This document shows positions 9,788 to 22,526 of a stretch of 64,000 nt of DNA, piece after piece. Source of the stretch: Octopus bimaculoides (taxonomy: Eukaryota); NCBI RefSeq assembly GCF_001194135.2, contig NC_068996.1, positions 26,459,572-26,523,571 of the forward strand, read 5' to 3'. Every line of letters starts with the position of its first letter. Position 1 is the first letter of the stretch. Both the position numbers and the translations under genes were made by a program. The notes beneath the pieces were generated by a model. The model saw nothing but the letters and a program-made list of their open reading frames with translations. It had not been told where the DNA came from and searched no databases.

Positions 9788-11073
9788 CTGGGTCATCCCA
9801 TAGATAATGCAGTTTTTTATACTTCTTTTATTTTTCAAAATTAAGATAAACAAAGTTCTTTTTTAATCCAAAATATACTCTCCTTCATTTTCTACAATGC
9901 TCTTCCATCTATCTGGTAGACTTGCAAGGCCCCTCTTCCAAAATTCACTTGTCCATGATAAGAAATACTCTGCCAGTACTGATCTGACCTTGTCTACAGA
10001 ATTCATATTTTTTCTGTCCAGATGATTTTGAAGACTGCAGAATAAATGATAATCAGATGGGGCAATGTCCGGTGAATATGGTGGGTGGGGCATCATTTCC
10101 TATTCAAACTGCTCCAGACTTTGGATTGTCAACCTTGCTGTATGTGGATCAAACATTATCCTGATGGAAGAACACCTTTCCTCTTGAAATCAAAGATGGT
10201 TGTTTCTCTTCTAGTGCTGATTTGAGCCACTCAAGCTGCTTGCAGTAGGTCTCCTTTGTTACTGTTTGGTTTGGGTTTAAAAGTTCAAAATGAACTAAAC
10301 ATTTCATATCCTACCAAACAGATAACAACACCTTACATGGGTAAAGATCTTCTTTAGCCTGGGGCGCTGGTGTTTCTCCTTTCCCTACCCACTGTCTTTG
10401 GCACTTGACATTTTAATAGAGAACCCATTTCTTGTCACCAGTCATTATTCAGTCCCCAAAAAGGTTCATTCATGAGATGTGACAGCAAAGAAGAGTACAC
10501 ATTCACTCTCAGTGCACGATTAGACTCAGAAAGTTTGTGAGGAACCCATTGACCCAATTTGCTGATTTTTCTGATGGCATGCAGGTGTCGATGAATGGTT
10601 GATGACGAAATCCAAGTTTCTCTGCTAGTTCCTTAACAGTTATGATGGGATTTTGTTCCAACAGGGTTTGCAGGATGTCCTCATCGATTTCTACAGATCT
10701 AGGATGAGACTTATCTTCTAGGCTGTAGTTTCCAATTCAGAATTTCTGGAACCATTGTTGACACTGGCTTACACTTATTGTCCAATCCCTGTATATTGCA
10801 TTAATATTCCTCACACTTTCTGTTGCATTGTTGCCATTATTGAACTTATAAAGCAAAATATGCTGAATATGCTCCTTTGTCACTTTGCATTATAACTTTG
10901 GAAGAATAACTGTTAAAATCGAACTGCACTCTTCAAAACTTGCACTAAGAATAAGGACAACATAAAATTACTACCTGTTTTTATAGCAAGTTGATGCAGG
11001 TAGTTTATCCCATCCCACTCCAACTTTTAGTTCATGCGATTGAAAAAACTGCATTATTTATGGGATGATCCAA
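9788..11073 (-). mobile_element. Mariner (Tc1/mariner) transposon, near full length, transposase inactivated
   Basis: 31-bp TIRs (ctgggtcatcccatagataatgcagtttttt / aaaaaactgcattatttatgggatgatccaa), TA on the left, about 1.29 kb; ORF fragment PHPPYSPDIAPSDYHLFCSLQNHL contains the mariner YSPDLAP.D motif. Confidence 0.95.
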
Positions 11074-11109
11074 ATGTATGTGTGTGTCTACACACACACA
11101 CACACACGC

Positions 11110-11152
<43 letters not shown>

Positions 11153-11154
11153 AA

Positions 11155-11974
11155 TAATACAAAGAATATGTATGCATGTATACCCACATATATGTACATA
11201 CTTAAATCTACATGTGTATATAGATGCATATCAGGGTACAGGACGTTAGAAAAATGAACTACAGACAACGGAACGAACACATAAGAAAACAGATAGCCAC
11301 TTGGAATTAATCCTTCAACAGCTGCCTCCATTCTAACTAGATATTTCGAAGATAAGGCAGAACGTACCCTAGAATAGTCTCTTCTTGAGTAGTGGATCGA
11401 CCCACTAAACAGAGGATTCCAAGGTGGCAAACACAAACCAAGACAGGAAAAAATGGACAGTGAAAACAACATTAAAAAGCCGTACGGCCAAACGCGAATC
11501 TGGTATTGAACGCTAGTGATAGGACGAAGCTGGATGGAGAAAAGACAGTTCATCTCGCCTTCATAGTGGCTGGAGTGAAAAGAGAGAGTTGACCACAGGT
11601 CACACGTGAGCAGAGAGGATGGTAGAGGGAGGAAGTGGAACAAGGAGGAAGAGAGAGATGTGTATAGCAGTGAAGTAGAAGCCAGGACAACAGAAGGAAG
11701 CAGAGCGAGAGGGGGAGATGGGTAAGAAGAAAGATAGATAGGTAGATAGATAGAGGGATAGATAGGTAGATAGATAGAGAAAAATAGATAGATAGATAGA
11801 TAGACAGAAAGATAGAGTCGCGTCAGAAATATAAAGTCAAAACTTACTTGCAAATGGACGCGTAGCGTTCAATGATATAATAATACAAAGAATATGTATG
11901 CATGTATACCCACATATATGTACATACTTACATCTACATGTGTATATAGATGCATATCAGGGTACAGGACGTTA
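11155..11974 (-). mobile_element. Probable Penelope-like 3' remnant with 94-bp direct terminal repeats
   Basis: 11155-11248 and 11881-11974 nearly identical; degenerate hammerhead-like motif at 11336-11393. Confidence 0.55.
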
Positions 11975-13084
11975 TATATATATATATATATNNNNNNNNN
12001 NNNNNNNNNNNNNNNNNNNNNNNNNNNNNNNNNNNNNNNNNNNNNNNNNNNNNNNNNNNNNNNNNNNNNNNNNNNNNNNNNNNNNNNNNNNNNNNNNNNN
12101 NNNNNNNNNNNNNNNNNNNNNNNNNNNNNNNNNNNNNNNNNNNNNNNNNNNNNNNNNNNNNNNNNNNNNNNNNNNNNNNNNNNNNNNNNNNNNNNNNNNN
12201 NNNNNNNNNNNNNNNNNNNNNNNNNNNNNNNNNNNNNNNNNNNNNNNNNNNNNNNNNNNNNNNNNNNNNNNNNNNNNNNNNNNNNNNNNNNNNNNNNNNN
12301 NNNNNNNNNNNNNNNNNNNNNNNNNNNNNNNNNNNNNNNNNNNNNNNNNNNNNNNNNNNNNNNNNNNNNNNNNNNNNNNNNNNNNNNNNNNNNNNNNNNN
12401 NNNNNNNNNNNNNNNNNNNNNNNNNNNNNNNNNNNNNNNNNNNNNNNNNNNNNNNNNNNNNNNNNNNNNNNNNNNNNNNNNNNNNNNNNNNNNNNNNNNN
12501 NNNNNNNNNNNNNNNNNNNNNNNNNNNNNNNNNNNNNNNNNNNNNNNNNNNNNNNNNNNNNNNNNNNNNNNNNNNNNNNNNNNNNNNNNNNNNNNNNNNN
12601 NNNNNNNNNNNNNNNNNNNNNNNNNNNNNNNNNNNNNNNNNNNNNNNNNNNNNNNNNNNNNNNNNNNNNNNATATGTATATATATATATGTATGTATGTA
12701 TGTATAAGTATACATATGCATATATATAAATGTATGTATATGTTCATCATTATATTCACTCCTAACCTATTACCCATCTATAACTCTCTGACCATCACTC
12801 ACTCTCACATACACTTACAACATCTACACACCTGCACTCACTAATAACCTATCCCCATTCAGTTCTAGTCACCTCATACTCTGAGGGCCAACTCTGATAC
12901 CTCACATCACTATTTAATTTCTTTCTAGCTCCATCCCTGTCATTTCCAAGGAACCTGTCCTGTTCTAACCAACCCTCTTCCCTCATACTTTAACACCTCA
13001 TCTCCTAACATGAAGTTGCCTCCCTCTCTACTGTAGTAAAGAGGATCTTAGTCTTTCATAGCTTCATGACGACCTCAGTAGTGT

Positions 13085-13290
13085 TGGCACTATGAAAAAA
13101 GCAGTAAGTACATGCTGTAAAGTGGCTGGCATTAGGAAGGGCATCCAGTCATAGAAACAATACCCTTGCAAACATTGGAACACGATGCAGTCCTTGAACC
13201 CATTAGATCCAATCAAACTGTCCAACCCATGCCAGCATGGAACATGAATGGTAAATGATGATGATGATGATGAAGACGTTGATGATGATG
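13085..13290 (+). mobile_element. RTE 3'-UTR-derived repeat (family C)
   Basis: gtggctggcattaggaagggcatccag...catgccagcatggaa...(GAT)n. Confidence 0.8.
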
Positions 13291-14000
13291 ACAATGACAA
13301 CAGATTTACATGCATGTGCATATATACAAATACACACATACATACATACAACATACATAGGTACATCACTTGCTTATTTGATGCATACCATAAGCACAAT
13401 AGTTGTTTTCATAATGAATACTAATGAAAATAAATATTTTCTTTCCCAGAGTTAGGGCTTGGCTTAACCATAAGATAGTATAAAAACAGAGAAACCTCAG
13501 AACTTTTTTTTTTGTTCCAGATTTACCATAATACAAATTCTAAGTTACAACATTAAAAAAAAAAAAATAGAATAAAACATATTAAAAATTTGTTGTTCTA
13601 TTTTTTGACCTGGAGAAACTCCCAAGTCAGCGATCAGTCAGCCTCTGCAGCTTCAGCTGCTACTTTTCTGCATTGAGAGGTCACAGTTCTGATCTTACAG
13701 ACATGTGATTAAAATGTTGCTGAAAAGAATTGCAGCAAGATGGGGATCTTTGAGCCAAGTCAACTAACAGGAAACTTAGGAGTAGACAAAAAAAAAACAA
13801 GATGATGGGATAATATCCATAGTCACTGTTGGTCAAACTTGGGAATCCAACCAGAAAGTGTAATCATATCTGCTTCAGATAGGACCCTGCATGAGGACCT
13901 CCATAACTCTTACAAGAATAGTGGGCAGTGAAGACAAATGGATGGACAGTTTTATCACCAACTTTTATATAAGGTTAAATAAAATAGAATAAAATAAAGA

Positions 14001-14171
14001 GTTAGATTCACTTCAACATTTAAATTTAATTTGTCAAAATATTTTCGTCGCTTTGAGACCACAACCTGTTCAGACAAAATTCTGTGAGAATTTTGTCAGT
14101 GAACAGGTTGCGGTCTCAAAGCGACGAAAATATTTTGACAAATTAAATTTAAATGTTGAAGTGAATCTAAC
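14001..14171. repeat. 171-bp near-perfect palindrome (inverted duplication of a PLE-type repeat end)
   Basis: gttagattcacttcaacatttaaatt... versus ...aatttaaatgttgaagtgaatctaac; a single uninverted copy of the right arm is at 32761-32897. Confidence 0.9.
14092..14142 (+). ncRNA. Minimal type I hammerhead motif with G3:C8 core
   Basis: TTTGTCA-GTGAACA-g-GTTGC-ggtctcaaa-GCGAC-GAAA-atatt-t-TGACAAA: 7-bp stem I, 5-bp stem II, palindromic AATATT stem III. Confidence 0.65.
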
Positions 14172-14299
14172 GGTTTTTGTGTGTTATTTTAAATGGCTTA
14201 TAAACACCTTCCATGCTGCAATTGTTTTCATTCCAGCACACGATCTCAGATCAGGTCCCTTGCTATGCAAGTACATCTCTGCAATAAAATAAAACAATA

Positions 14300-14482
14300 T
14301 TGTTATATTTCAGGATGGTCATTTTTTTTTTTTTTTTTGCCAAATAAATACATGCACTATATATTCATTCTTCACTTATTTATTACTGTTCTTATAAAAC
14401 AGTAATAAACGAGTGAAGAATGAATATGCAGTGCCTGTATTTATTTGGTAAAAAAAAAGATGACCATCCTGAAATATAACAA
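14300..14482. repeat. ~183-bp imperfect palindrome
   Basis: ttgttatatttcaggatggtca...ttattactgtt cttataa aacagtaataa...tgaccatcctgaaatataacaa. Confidence 0.85.
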
Positions 14483-14921
14483 AATCTGTTGCAATACAGG
14501 TGCATAAACAAAAATAAAACAAGTTGTATCTAAATCAATTGTGGGTTATGGTGTGTAGTATAGACTAGAAGAAAACTTGAATGTTTAGTCAATTATTCAC
14601 TTCAGCACTTTTAATATTTTCATGTCTTATCAATTGTTAGAAAATGAAAGGTTCAGAAGGTACACCACTAAGAGGCTGGCATGGATTGGTCAAGTTTATT
14701 CTCCTAGATCACTTGGGGCGGGGATGGGTAACAGCCTTTAGGTAAACTTCATTTTTGGCTTGGTTTCCATGGTTGAATGTCTTTCCTTAACACCAACCAC
14801 TTCAAAGAATGCACTGGGTGCAATATTTTATTTTTTTGTTGTGCGTGACATTAACACTAGAGAAATAGACATGATAAGATAAGAAAATCTTCACAAGTCT
14901 ACACATAACAAACACACACAC

Positions 14922-14976
<55 letters not shown>

Positions 14977-15015
14977 TAAATATAGTTGGTTTCTAAGTAA
15001 GAAGGAATGTAAAAA

Positions 15016-15284
15016 GTAAAGACCCCCTTTGGTCATGAATGTCCATGGGATTGCACCTAGAAAGTTGCCCTCTGCGGCACAAGTCCTGGCAAGGTTGTTT
15101 ATGAAAGACTAGCAGTCGTCCCAGGCTGATACAGCTTGGCACCAGTGACGTCGCAACCCATTTCTACAGCTGAGTGAACTGGAGCAATGTGAAATAAAGT
15201 GTCTTGCTCAAGAACACAACACACAACCCAGTCTGGGAACTGAACTCACTACCCCATAATGCTCTAATGACTGAGCCATGTGCC
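15016..15284 (-). mobile_element. SINE family F (tRNA head plus CORE-like domain)
   Basis: Minus strand ggcacatggctcagt...gagttcagttcccagactggg...ttgtgttcttgagcaagacactttatttcac; copies at 49033-49290 and 59100-59420. Confidence 0.8.
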
Positions 15285-15379
15285 TAAGGAATGAGAATAG
15301 GGATTAATATGTGGTGGTGGTGGTGGTGGGGCACAATATAGGTGATCAAAGAAAGATTGGTCTGACAGACCTATGCATA

Positions 15380-15640
15380 AGTAGTAAAATAGCTGATCAG
15401 TTACTAGGAGCATAGGCCCTTGTAGTAGTGGGAGTAATAGGAAAAGGTAGTGAGAGAGAAGAAAACATATCTACAGGCCAGAAATTGTAGTGTGTCAGTG
15501 GGACTTTGCCAATATGTCAGATAACCTGCTTTTGGTTGTGGTTTTCTATGTTTACATGTCTAGTAATGGTACTGTCCCAGATGTGGGAGCTGTATTCCAT
15601 TATGAATCTCAATCACACTTGTTTACAGAAAGTTAACTAT
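15380..15640 (-). mobile_element. Non-LTR retrotransposon RT C-terminal remnant (CR1/L2/I-like group)
   Basis: Reverse complement gives MEYSSHIWDS... and ...YYSHYYKGLCS, resembling MEY.SH.W ... FY.Y..G.CS of such elements; heavily decayed. Confidence 0.45.
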
Positions 15641-16058
15641 AGAGAGTTGTTGTAATTACTGACTCTGAAGAGGAAGAAAAATATTTGGGACAGAGTGTTA
15701 GCTATGATGTGAATATGGGATCATGAAGGTATGTGAGTGTGTGGGAAGGGTTAGCAGTCAGACTGTTGGAGTTCTGATCATAAGGTTGTTGGTTCAATTC
15801 TAAGCTCAGAAAACATGTTGGCAAAGTATGTATTAATTTCATGTTGCCCAAATTCACACAGTTGGAAAAGTTTAGTTGTGTCATTTTGCTGCAGAGTGGT
15901 TTGCTGCATACCATTCTGCAGCAAAGAACCCCAAAATCTTGCAAATGTGAGATGTCAGTGGTCTTTGCTGATTATTGCACATAGAATGAAAGTGATGAGG
16001 ATAATGACAATGGTGGTGGTGGTGGTTATGATAAATTTTTTTTTCCTACTTCTCGGCA

Positions 16059-16590
16059 CAAGGCCCGAAATTCTGGGGGAGGGGGCCAGTCGATTACATC
16101 GACTCCAGTACGCAACTGGTACTTAATTTATCAACCCCGAAAGGATGAAAGGCAAAGTCAACCTTGACAGAATTAGAACTCAGGACATAAGGACAGATGA
16201 AATACCGCAAAGCATTTCACCCGGCGTGCTAACGTTTCTTTATTGCCCACAAGGGGCTAAACATAGAGGGGACAAACAAGGACAGGCAAAGGGATTAAGT
16301 CGATTACATCAATCCCAGTGCATAACTAGTATTAAATTTATCAACCCCGAAAGGATGAAAGGCAAAGTTGACCTCAGCGGATTTTGAACTCTGGACGTAG
16401 CGGCAGACGAAATACTGCTAAGCATTTCGCCTGGCATGCTAACATTTCTGCCAGCTCGCCGCCTTTGGCAAAGTATGTATGTAATGATGAAAGGCAAAGT
16501 CAACCTTGGTGGGATTTGAACTCAGAATGTAGCGGCAGATGAAATACCGTTAAGCATTTCGCCTGGTGTGTTAACGTTTCTGCCAGCTCA
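16059..16590 (-). mobile_element. Three tandem SINE family B copies
   Basis: Three repeats of gatgaaaggcaaagtcaacc...gaactc...cagatgaaatacc..aagcatttc..ctgg..tgctaac. Confidence 0.85.
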
Positions 16591-16919
16591 CTATCTTAGT
16601 GGTGCTTATGATAAAAATTATGATGATGAAGAGGAGGAGGTGTTTGTAAACAGATTGGGAACTATTAGCATTTGTAGCAACATTGGGGTGAGTTTTAATT
16701 TTGGAGGAAAGCGCTAGCTGACCATAGCTGACATTTTTTTTTTTTTTTTTTTTTTTTTTTGCCATTAAAGAAGAGAAACTTGGCTGATTGGCCTCTTGAA
16801 TGTAGAGCTCTCAACTGATTATCTGTCTGGCTCATACAAAAAAATGACCTCACATTATTTCTATCTTGTCATATCAGGCTCTTTTATTCTTATTCCAAAA
16901 CATGACTTTTCATTTGCAG

Positions 16920-17342
16920 ATCCCTCCCTATCTCTCTCTCTTTCTCTTCTTTTTCTTCAGCTTGCCCTACATAATATTTATCTTTTTATTACAATTGACC
17001 TCTTATCTTACAACAGTTATTTTTCTCTATCCCTTTACTCTCTCTATAATTCTTACTCATTCTCACTCTATCTCTTTCTTTCTCGAATTTTCACTTATTC
17101 TCTCTCTCTATCTTTTCCTCTCTAAAACTTTTTACTCATCCTCACTCTGTCTTTTTCTCTCTTGAATGTTCACCCTTTCTCTTTTTATTTTGACATACTA
17201 TTTTCTTTCTTTATTTTTTTTTTACTTCACCCCTTACTCTACTCTCTCTCTGTTTACCTTCATTTTACTCATAATACATCTCTGTTCACCTCTTTATCTT
17301 TTCATCTCAGACTTTAGTCTTCCCTCTTTGTCCATCTCTAAA

Positions 17343-17380
<38 letters not shown>

Positions 17381-17640
17381 CTTAACTATATTCACTCTTC
17401 CTAATTGTTGATCCATTTCTCAAAAGCTGGCTGTTCAATCTACATAATTTACTTACTTTTCTTCTTTCTTTCTTCCTCTTTCTCTCTCTAGCTACCCATC
17501 TATAAATCTTTGCTTTTGACTCTCTCACCCTACTACTTGTCACTCTCTCTCTCTCTCTCTCTCTCCCTCTCTTTGCTACTATCACTATTTTCATCAACAA
17601 ATCTACTACCATTATCACTACTACAACTACTATTTAAATC

Positions 17641-17687
<47 letters not shown>

Positions 17688-17803
17688 CACCACCACCACT
17701 AGTACTACTACTACTACCACCCCTACTGCTACTACTACCACCCCTACTACTACTACCACCCCTACTACTACTACTACCACTACCACCACCACCATCACTA
17801 CTG

Positions 17804-17834
<31 letters not shown>

Positions 17835-17870
17835 CACCATCACTACTACTACTACTACTACTACTACTCA
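16920..17870. repeat. CT-rich low complexity followed by an (ACT)/(ACC)n compound microsatellite
   Basis: Direct inspection. Confidence 0.9.
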
Positions 17871-18174
17871 AGGCATGACCAGTCCTGTTAAATAACCTCT
17901 GCTATTTTACTTCTTCAGCTAAATGAGATGTAATTACAACTGAACTGACCGTAATTCATGCAGCAAAGGTAAACAAGTAAACAAACAAAAACAAATAAAC
18001 AAGCTAACAAACAAATAAAACAAATAATTAAATAGTACATTGTCTTTTGTTTGTTTGTTCTCGGTTGTTGAAATTGAAGCAGTGGAGGTGGGGGAGGAGA
18101 GGTGTATGTTATATCCACCTTCCACAAGCAACCACCCCCACCCAAACTGGTCACAGCACCACCCAGGTAAATAC

Positions 18175-18480
18175 ACAATAATGATGATTATAGTGATGAT
18201 GATAATAACAGTGAAGATGATGATGACGATGATAATAGTGGTGGTGATGGTGGTGGTGATGATGATGGTGGTGGTGGTGGTGGTGGTGGTAGAAGTGGTA
18301 ATGAAGATGAAGATGGAGGTGTTAATAACGATGATGGTATTCTTGGTTGTAATGATGATGACAACATTGGTGGTGATGATGTGGGAGTGTGGCAGTGATG
18401 ATGATGATGGTGGTGGTTGTGGTGGTAATGAAGACAATAATGAGATAGGTGTGATAGTGATGGTGATGATGATGTTGACG
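18175..18480. repeat. (GAT)/(GGT)n compound microsatellite
   Basis: Direct inspection. Confidence 0.9.
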
Positions 18481-19299
18481 AAGGAGGAGTAGCAGCTAAT
18501 GTACTTGATTAGATTCATTTCATTTGGTTCAATAGGTTTAAAACTTTGACTCTCCATACAAAACAGGCTAAAATTCCCATCTCTTCCAGATTCTGTTTCA
18601 CAACGGAAGCACATATAGCTGGTTGTGTGATTAAGGAAGTATGCAGTACTGGGTTCAAATCGTTTAATGTGACATTTAATTGCAAATGTCTTTTACTATT
18701 GTTCCAGGTTGACAAATACCTTACTCTTCTACCAATTTCAGTCTGTGATCTGAGGTCATTTTGGAGACATCACTTTACTTAAAAAATTTTTTTAATTTTA
18801 TTTTATATCACAATTCAGTAAGCAATGCTGATTGCAGGTTTCCAAAGGACCAATTGCTAGTTGGCTGCGTTTCTGAGAGCAAGCATGGAAAACGGGAGTG
18901 TCTGTAACTTAAAATGGCAATGGCATGGGACTGCAGCATGGCAGATGTTGAAGAGGTAATAGAAAAGTTCAATTGAGTCAATGGTGCTTCTTACATTGAT
19001 GATGAGTGGAGGAATCCTAGAAGATCAACAGTCAGGATCACCAAGCTCTATCAAGAGAGGAACTGTAATGCATCCATAGGGGAGGCATCCATGGTTGTAT
19101 AATCAGCTGATGAAGGATTCACTATGACTCAAGCTTTCAATTCAAACTCATAATTGCAGAACTGGATGGCAGCAGTGAGTCATGAGAATCTATGAAAGTA
19201 GTGACATATCATAAGGGATAATGCACTGGTTGGTATCTTTCACTGATATCACTGATATACATCAGTGAAGTACACATGCATACACTTTTTTATCTTTTA

Positions 19300-19735
19300 C
19301 TAGTTTCAGTCATTGGACTGCAGCCCTGTGGTGGCCCCCACCTTGAAGAGTTTCAGACAAACAAATGAATCAACCACAGTAATTATAATTTTGAAGTCTC
19401 TTTTGAAGTATCCATCACAAGATTACTCATCTTTGTTAGCTGAGTGGATTGGAGCAACATGAAATTAAGTGTTTTGCTCAAGAATACATCACACAATCCA
19501 GGAATCGAAACTACAATCATGAGCGGAACACCTAAAACACTAAGCCATGTGTCTCCATACACACACACATATACAATGGACTTTTTTCTGTTTCTATCCA
19601 CTAAATATACTCACAAGTTTTGGGTCGGCCTGGGGCTATAACAGAAAATACTTGCCCGAGGTGCCACACAGTAGGACTGAACCCGAAACCACATGGTTGG
19701 GAAGCAAACTTTTCGGCCACACAGCCAGACCTGCG
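19300..19735 (-). mobile_element. SINE family A, with a CORE-SINE fragment inside
   Basis: Tail cttttactagtttcagtcattggactgcag at left; head gccgaaaagtttgcttcccaaccatgtgg on the minus strand at right. Confidence 0.7.
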
Positions 19736-20750
19736 CCTACATATGTACATATGTATACAAACATATGCACATATGTATCATTTTTTAGATTGTTTTTCAT
19801 GTATGCATGGACTAGACAAGTACATTGATATATCACTGCATACCTTTCTTGTGGTTTAAAGGTGCAAAATCACCAGCCCATTTATTAACATGGAGAATGA
19901 CAACTCCATTTGTAAATCAGTGAAGTGATATTTGGAGAAGTGCAAATGTAAACACACACACACACACGACAGACTTCTTTCAGTTTCCATCTACTGAACA
20001 AACTCACAAGGATTTGGTTGGCTCAGGCTTTAGTAGAAGACACTCGCCCACGGTGCCACTTTGTGGGACTCAACCCGGAACTATGTGCTTCTCGACCACA
20101 CAGCCACGTCTACACACATACACATGCATACTTATAAACGTGTTCGCTCATACACAGCAAAAGCAAAGATCGTAGTTAGTTTGAAATCGAGTATATGTTG
20201 TCTTGATGTCTTTCATCGTGTATGTGTATGTGTGCGCGCGGGGACGCACGCGTGTGAACACATAAATGAATATTTTTATGTGTATTGTCATTAAGCTTTA
20301 AGTCAATCCAGATAAAGTAGGTTTACGATGACTGACTGAAATACTAACAGTGACCATCCTATCATTTCCCTCTCTGTGCGTAGGGAACACAAGAATGCAA
20401 GATAACATTATCAGTATTTTTTTCCATACATGGTATGGTTTTATTTGAGAGATTCGGCTGCTGTTTCTAACACGTCAGACGACTACGTGTAAGTTTGTGA
20501 CTGACTTGAGTGTCTGCATCTGTGTATATCCGAGTGAAACGTATATTGAGCTGTGCCCCAAGATGTAAAATAAGCCAATCGATAAATAGATACCGATAAG
20601 ATATACTAAAGTGAACTAAGAAGTAGCGTTGATGCGATCAACTATAAACTTTTGAGTTCGGTGCAGGAGTATGGGGACAGCCAAATGACTAAAACTAGTA
20701 AGAAAAAGGTTTAACAAGCAAACTGACCAAGTTGACCAAGGAAAATTTTT

Positions 20751-21092
20751 GTTGTTGTTGTTGGCACTCCGTCGCTTACGACGTCGAGGGTTCCAATTGA
20801 TCCGATCAACGGAACAGCCTGCTCGTGAAATTAACGTGCAAGTGGCTGAGCACTCCACAGACAGGTGTACCCTTAATGTGGTTCTCGGGGATATTCAGCG
20901 TGACACAGTATGACAAGGCTGACCCTTTGAATTACAGGCACAACAGAAACAGGAAGGAAGAGTGAGAGAAGGTTGTGGCGAAAGAGTACAGCAGGGTTCG
21001 TCACCATCCCCTGCTGGAGCCTCGTGGAGCTTTAGGTGTTTTTTCTCAATAAACACTCACAATGCCCGGTCTGGGAATCGAAACCGCGATCC
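20751..21092 (-). mobile_element. tRNA-derived SINE (family G) with (CAA)n tail
   Basis: Minus strand ggatcgcggtttcgattcccagaccgggc (B box) ... gacggagtgccaacaacaac; CpGs retained. Confidence 0.7.
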
Positions 21093-21331
21093 CAAGGAAA
21101 ATAAACCTGAGTCAACAAACAACATAGCTCTATGTGATCATTCGACTTGCTAGAAATAGCAGTTAAATCGTCCTCAAACAACAGCTTACTGTCTTAAAAA
21201 TTGAAGGACAGATAATGGAGTGCTGAAAAAATACATAAAATATAAAAGATCGCCGGAGTGTCTTTGATCGTTAGTCAAAGCTGACTTGGAGCTGAAGAAT
21301 GACAACACATGTATGTGTATATTCGTGTGTG

Positions 21332-21409
<78 letters not shown>

Positions 21410-21654
21410 TGTGTGTTTGATCGTTTCACCGACGCACTTGACACTGAGGAAATACGAAGAGGAAACATGAAGACAAAATGTTTTCTATTCTAATAAGAAA
21501 ACAAGTAGAAACTGGAAATTGAAAATCAACTACACTGCAGAAAAAGATTTATGTAAGGGCAAAACAACAACAATAGAAGTTAAAAAGAATACGAAGAAAA
21601 AAGAAAAAAAATTGAAACAAAGTACAAAAATATTCTAAAGAAAAATGGAAAGTA

Positions 21655-21900
21655 AACGTTCACTCCATGACCAATGACCTGCAAGTAAGGGATTAAACTA
21701 GAATGAAAACCAACAATTGCTCAAAAGTTCTGGATTAAACGCAGATACAAAAGACCTGATTTTAGCTGCACTGGACCGCATACTTAGCTGCAGATAAAAA
21801 TGAAATATGGAAAAGACATTGATATTATGTGTAGACTATGTAACCAATGCAGTGAGACAATTGACCACACCATCTTCTACTGCATAGTCCTGTACACAGA
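21655..21900 (+). mobile_element. R4/Dong-like (restriction-like endonuclease) LINE remnant
   Basis: Frames give LLKSSGLNADTKDLILAALD and CRLCNQCSETIDHTIFYC (CCHC zinc-knuckle region). Confidence 0.65.
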
Positions 21901-21939
21901 CTCGGTCTGATGAGTAGATGCAACGTTATATTTAATTGG

Positions 21940-22190
21940 TCCACTTGACTGGGTCCCGTGCCGGTGACACATAAAGAGCACCAACCGAATGTGATCGATG
22001 CCAATACCCCTTGAATGGCTCTTGTGCCGGTGGTATGTAAAAAGCACCATCAGAACATGGCCAATGCCAGTACCCTCTGACTGGCCCCTGTGCCGGTAAG
22101 GGTATCCAGCTGTAGAAACACTCAGTCAAACCGTCCAACCCATGCCAGCATGTAAAACGGACGTTAAACCATGATGAGGATGATGATGAT
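21940..22190 (+). mobile_element. RTE 3'-UTR repeat (family C) with internal tandem subunits
   Basis: Repeated gtgccggtg..aaagcacc units; tail cggacgttaaac(GAT)n. Confidence 0.75.
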
Positions 22191-22403
22191 GAAAAATATA
22201 ATATGATTTTTTTAAACATTGAACGGCTACAAGTGTCCATCTGAGTGAAATAGGAATTAATGGGGTCCATAGGCAAAAAATGGTTGAGAACAACTGATGC
22301 AGCATGAAAATGAAAGTGTTTATGCCATCACACCCAACCTACATAAACATTAAGATCCCAGATAAAATTATCACAGCAGGTATAATTATATTACTCTGAT
22401 ATA

Positions 22404-22526
22404 CAGGGTGTCCACAAAGTCTGGGTACATGGGGATTAACACATTAAGAAATTATTATATCTTATATTTAATTGTTTATGTTATGATTTTATTTACTCCA
22501 TGTACCCAGACCTTGTGGAGACCCTG
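22404..22526. mobile_element. 123-bp Tc1/mariner-type MITE
   Basis: 29-bp TIRs cagggtgtccacaaagtctgggtacatgg / ccatgtacccagaccttgtggagaccctg (2 mismatches); TA on both sides. Confidence 0.9.

Noticed and set aside
14440-14482. Possible hammerhead in the second palindrome (aagatg-ac-catcct-gaaa-tata-acaa)
   Set aside because: The CUGANGA position is replaced by a poly-A run in both arms, so the core cannot be supported.
17919-17968. 50-nt exon-like segment (ttcttcag ... aag/gtaaac)
   Set aside because: Stops in all three frames and no supporting context; at best non-coding.
21940-22110. CRISPR-like repeat-spacer pattern in family C (also 61440-61620)
   Set aside because: These are degenerate internal subunits of an RTE 3' UTR in a eukaryotic context, with no unique spacers and no cas genes.
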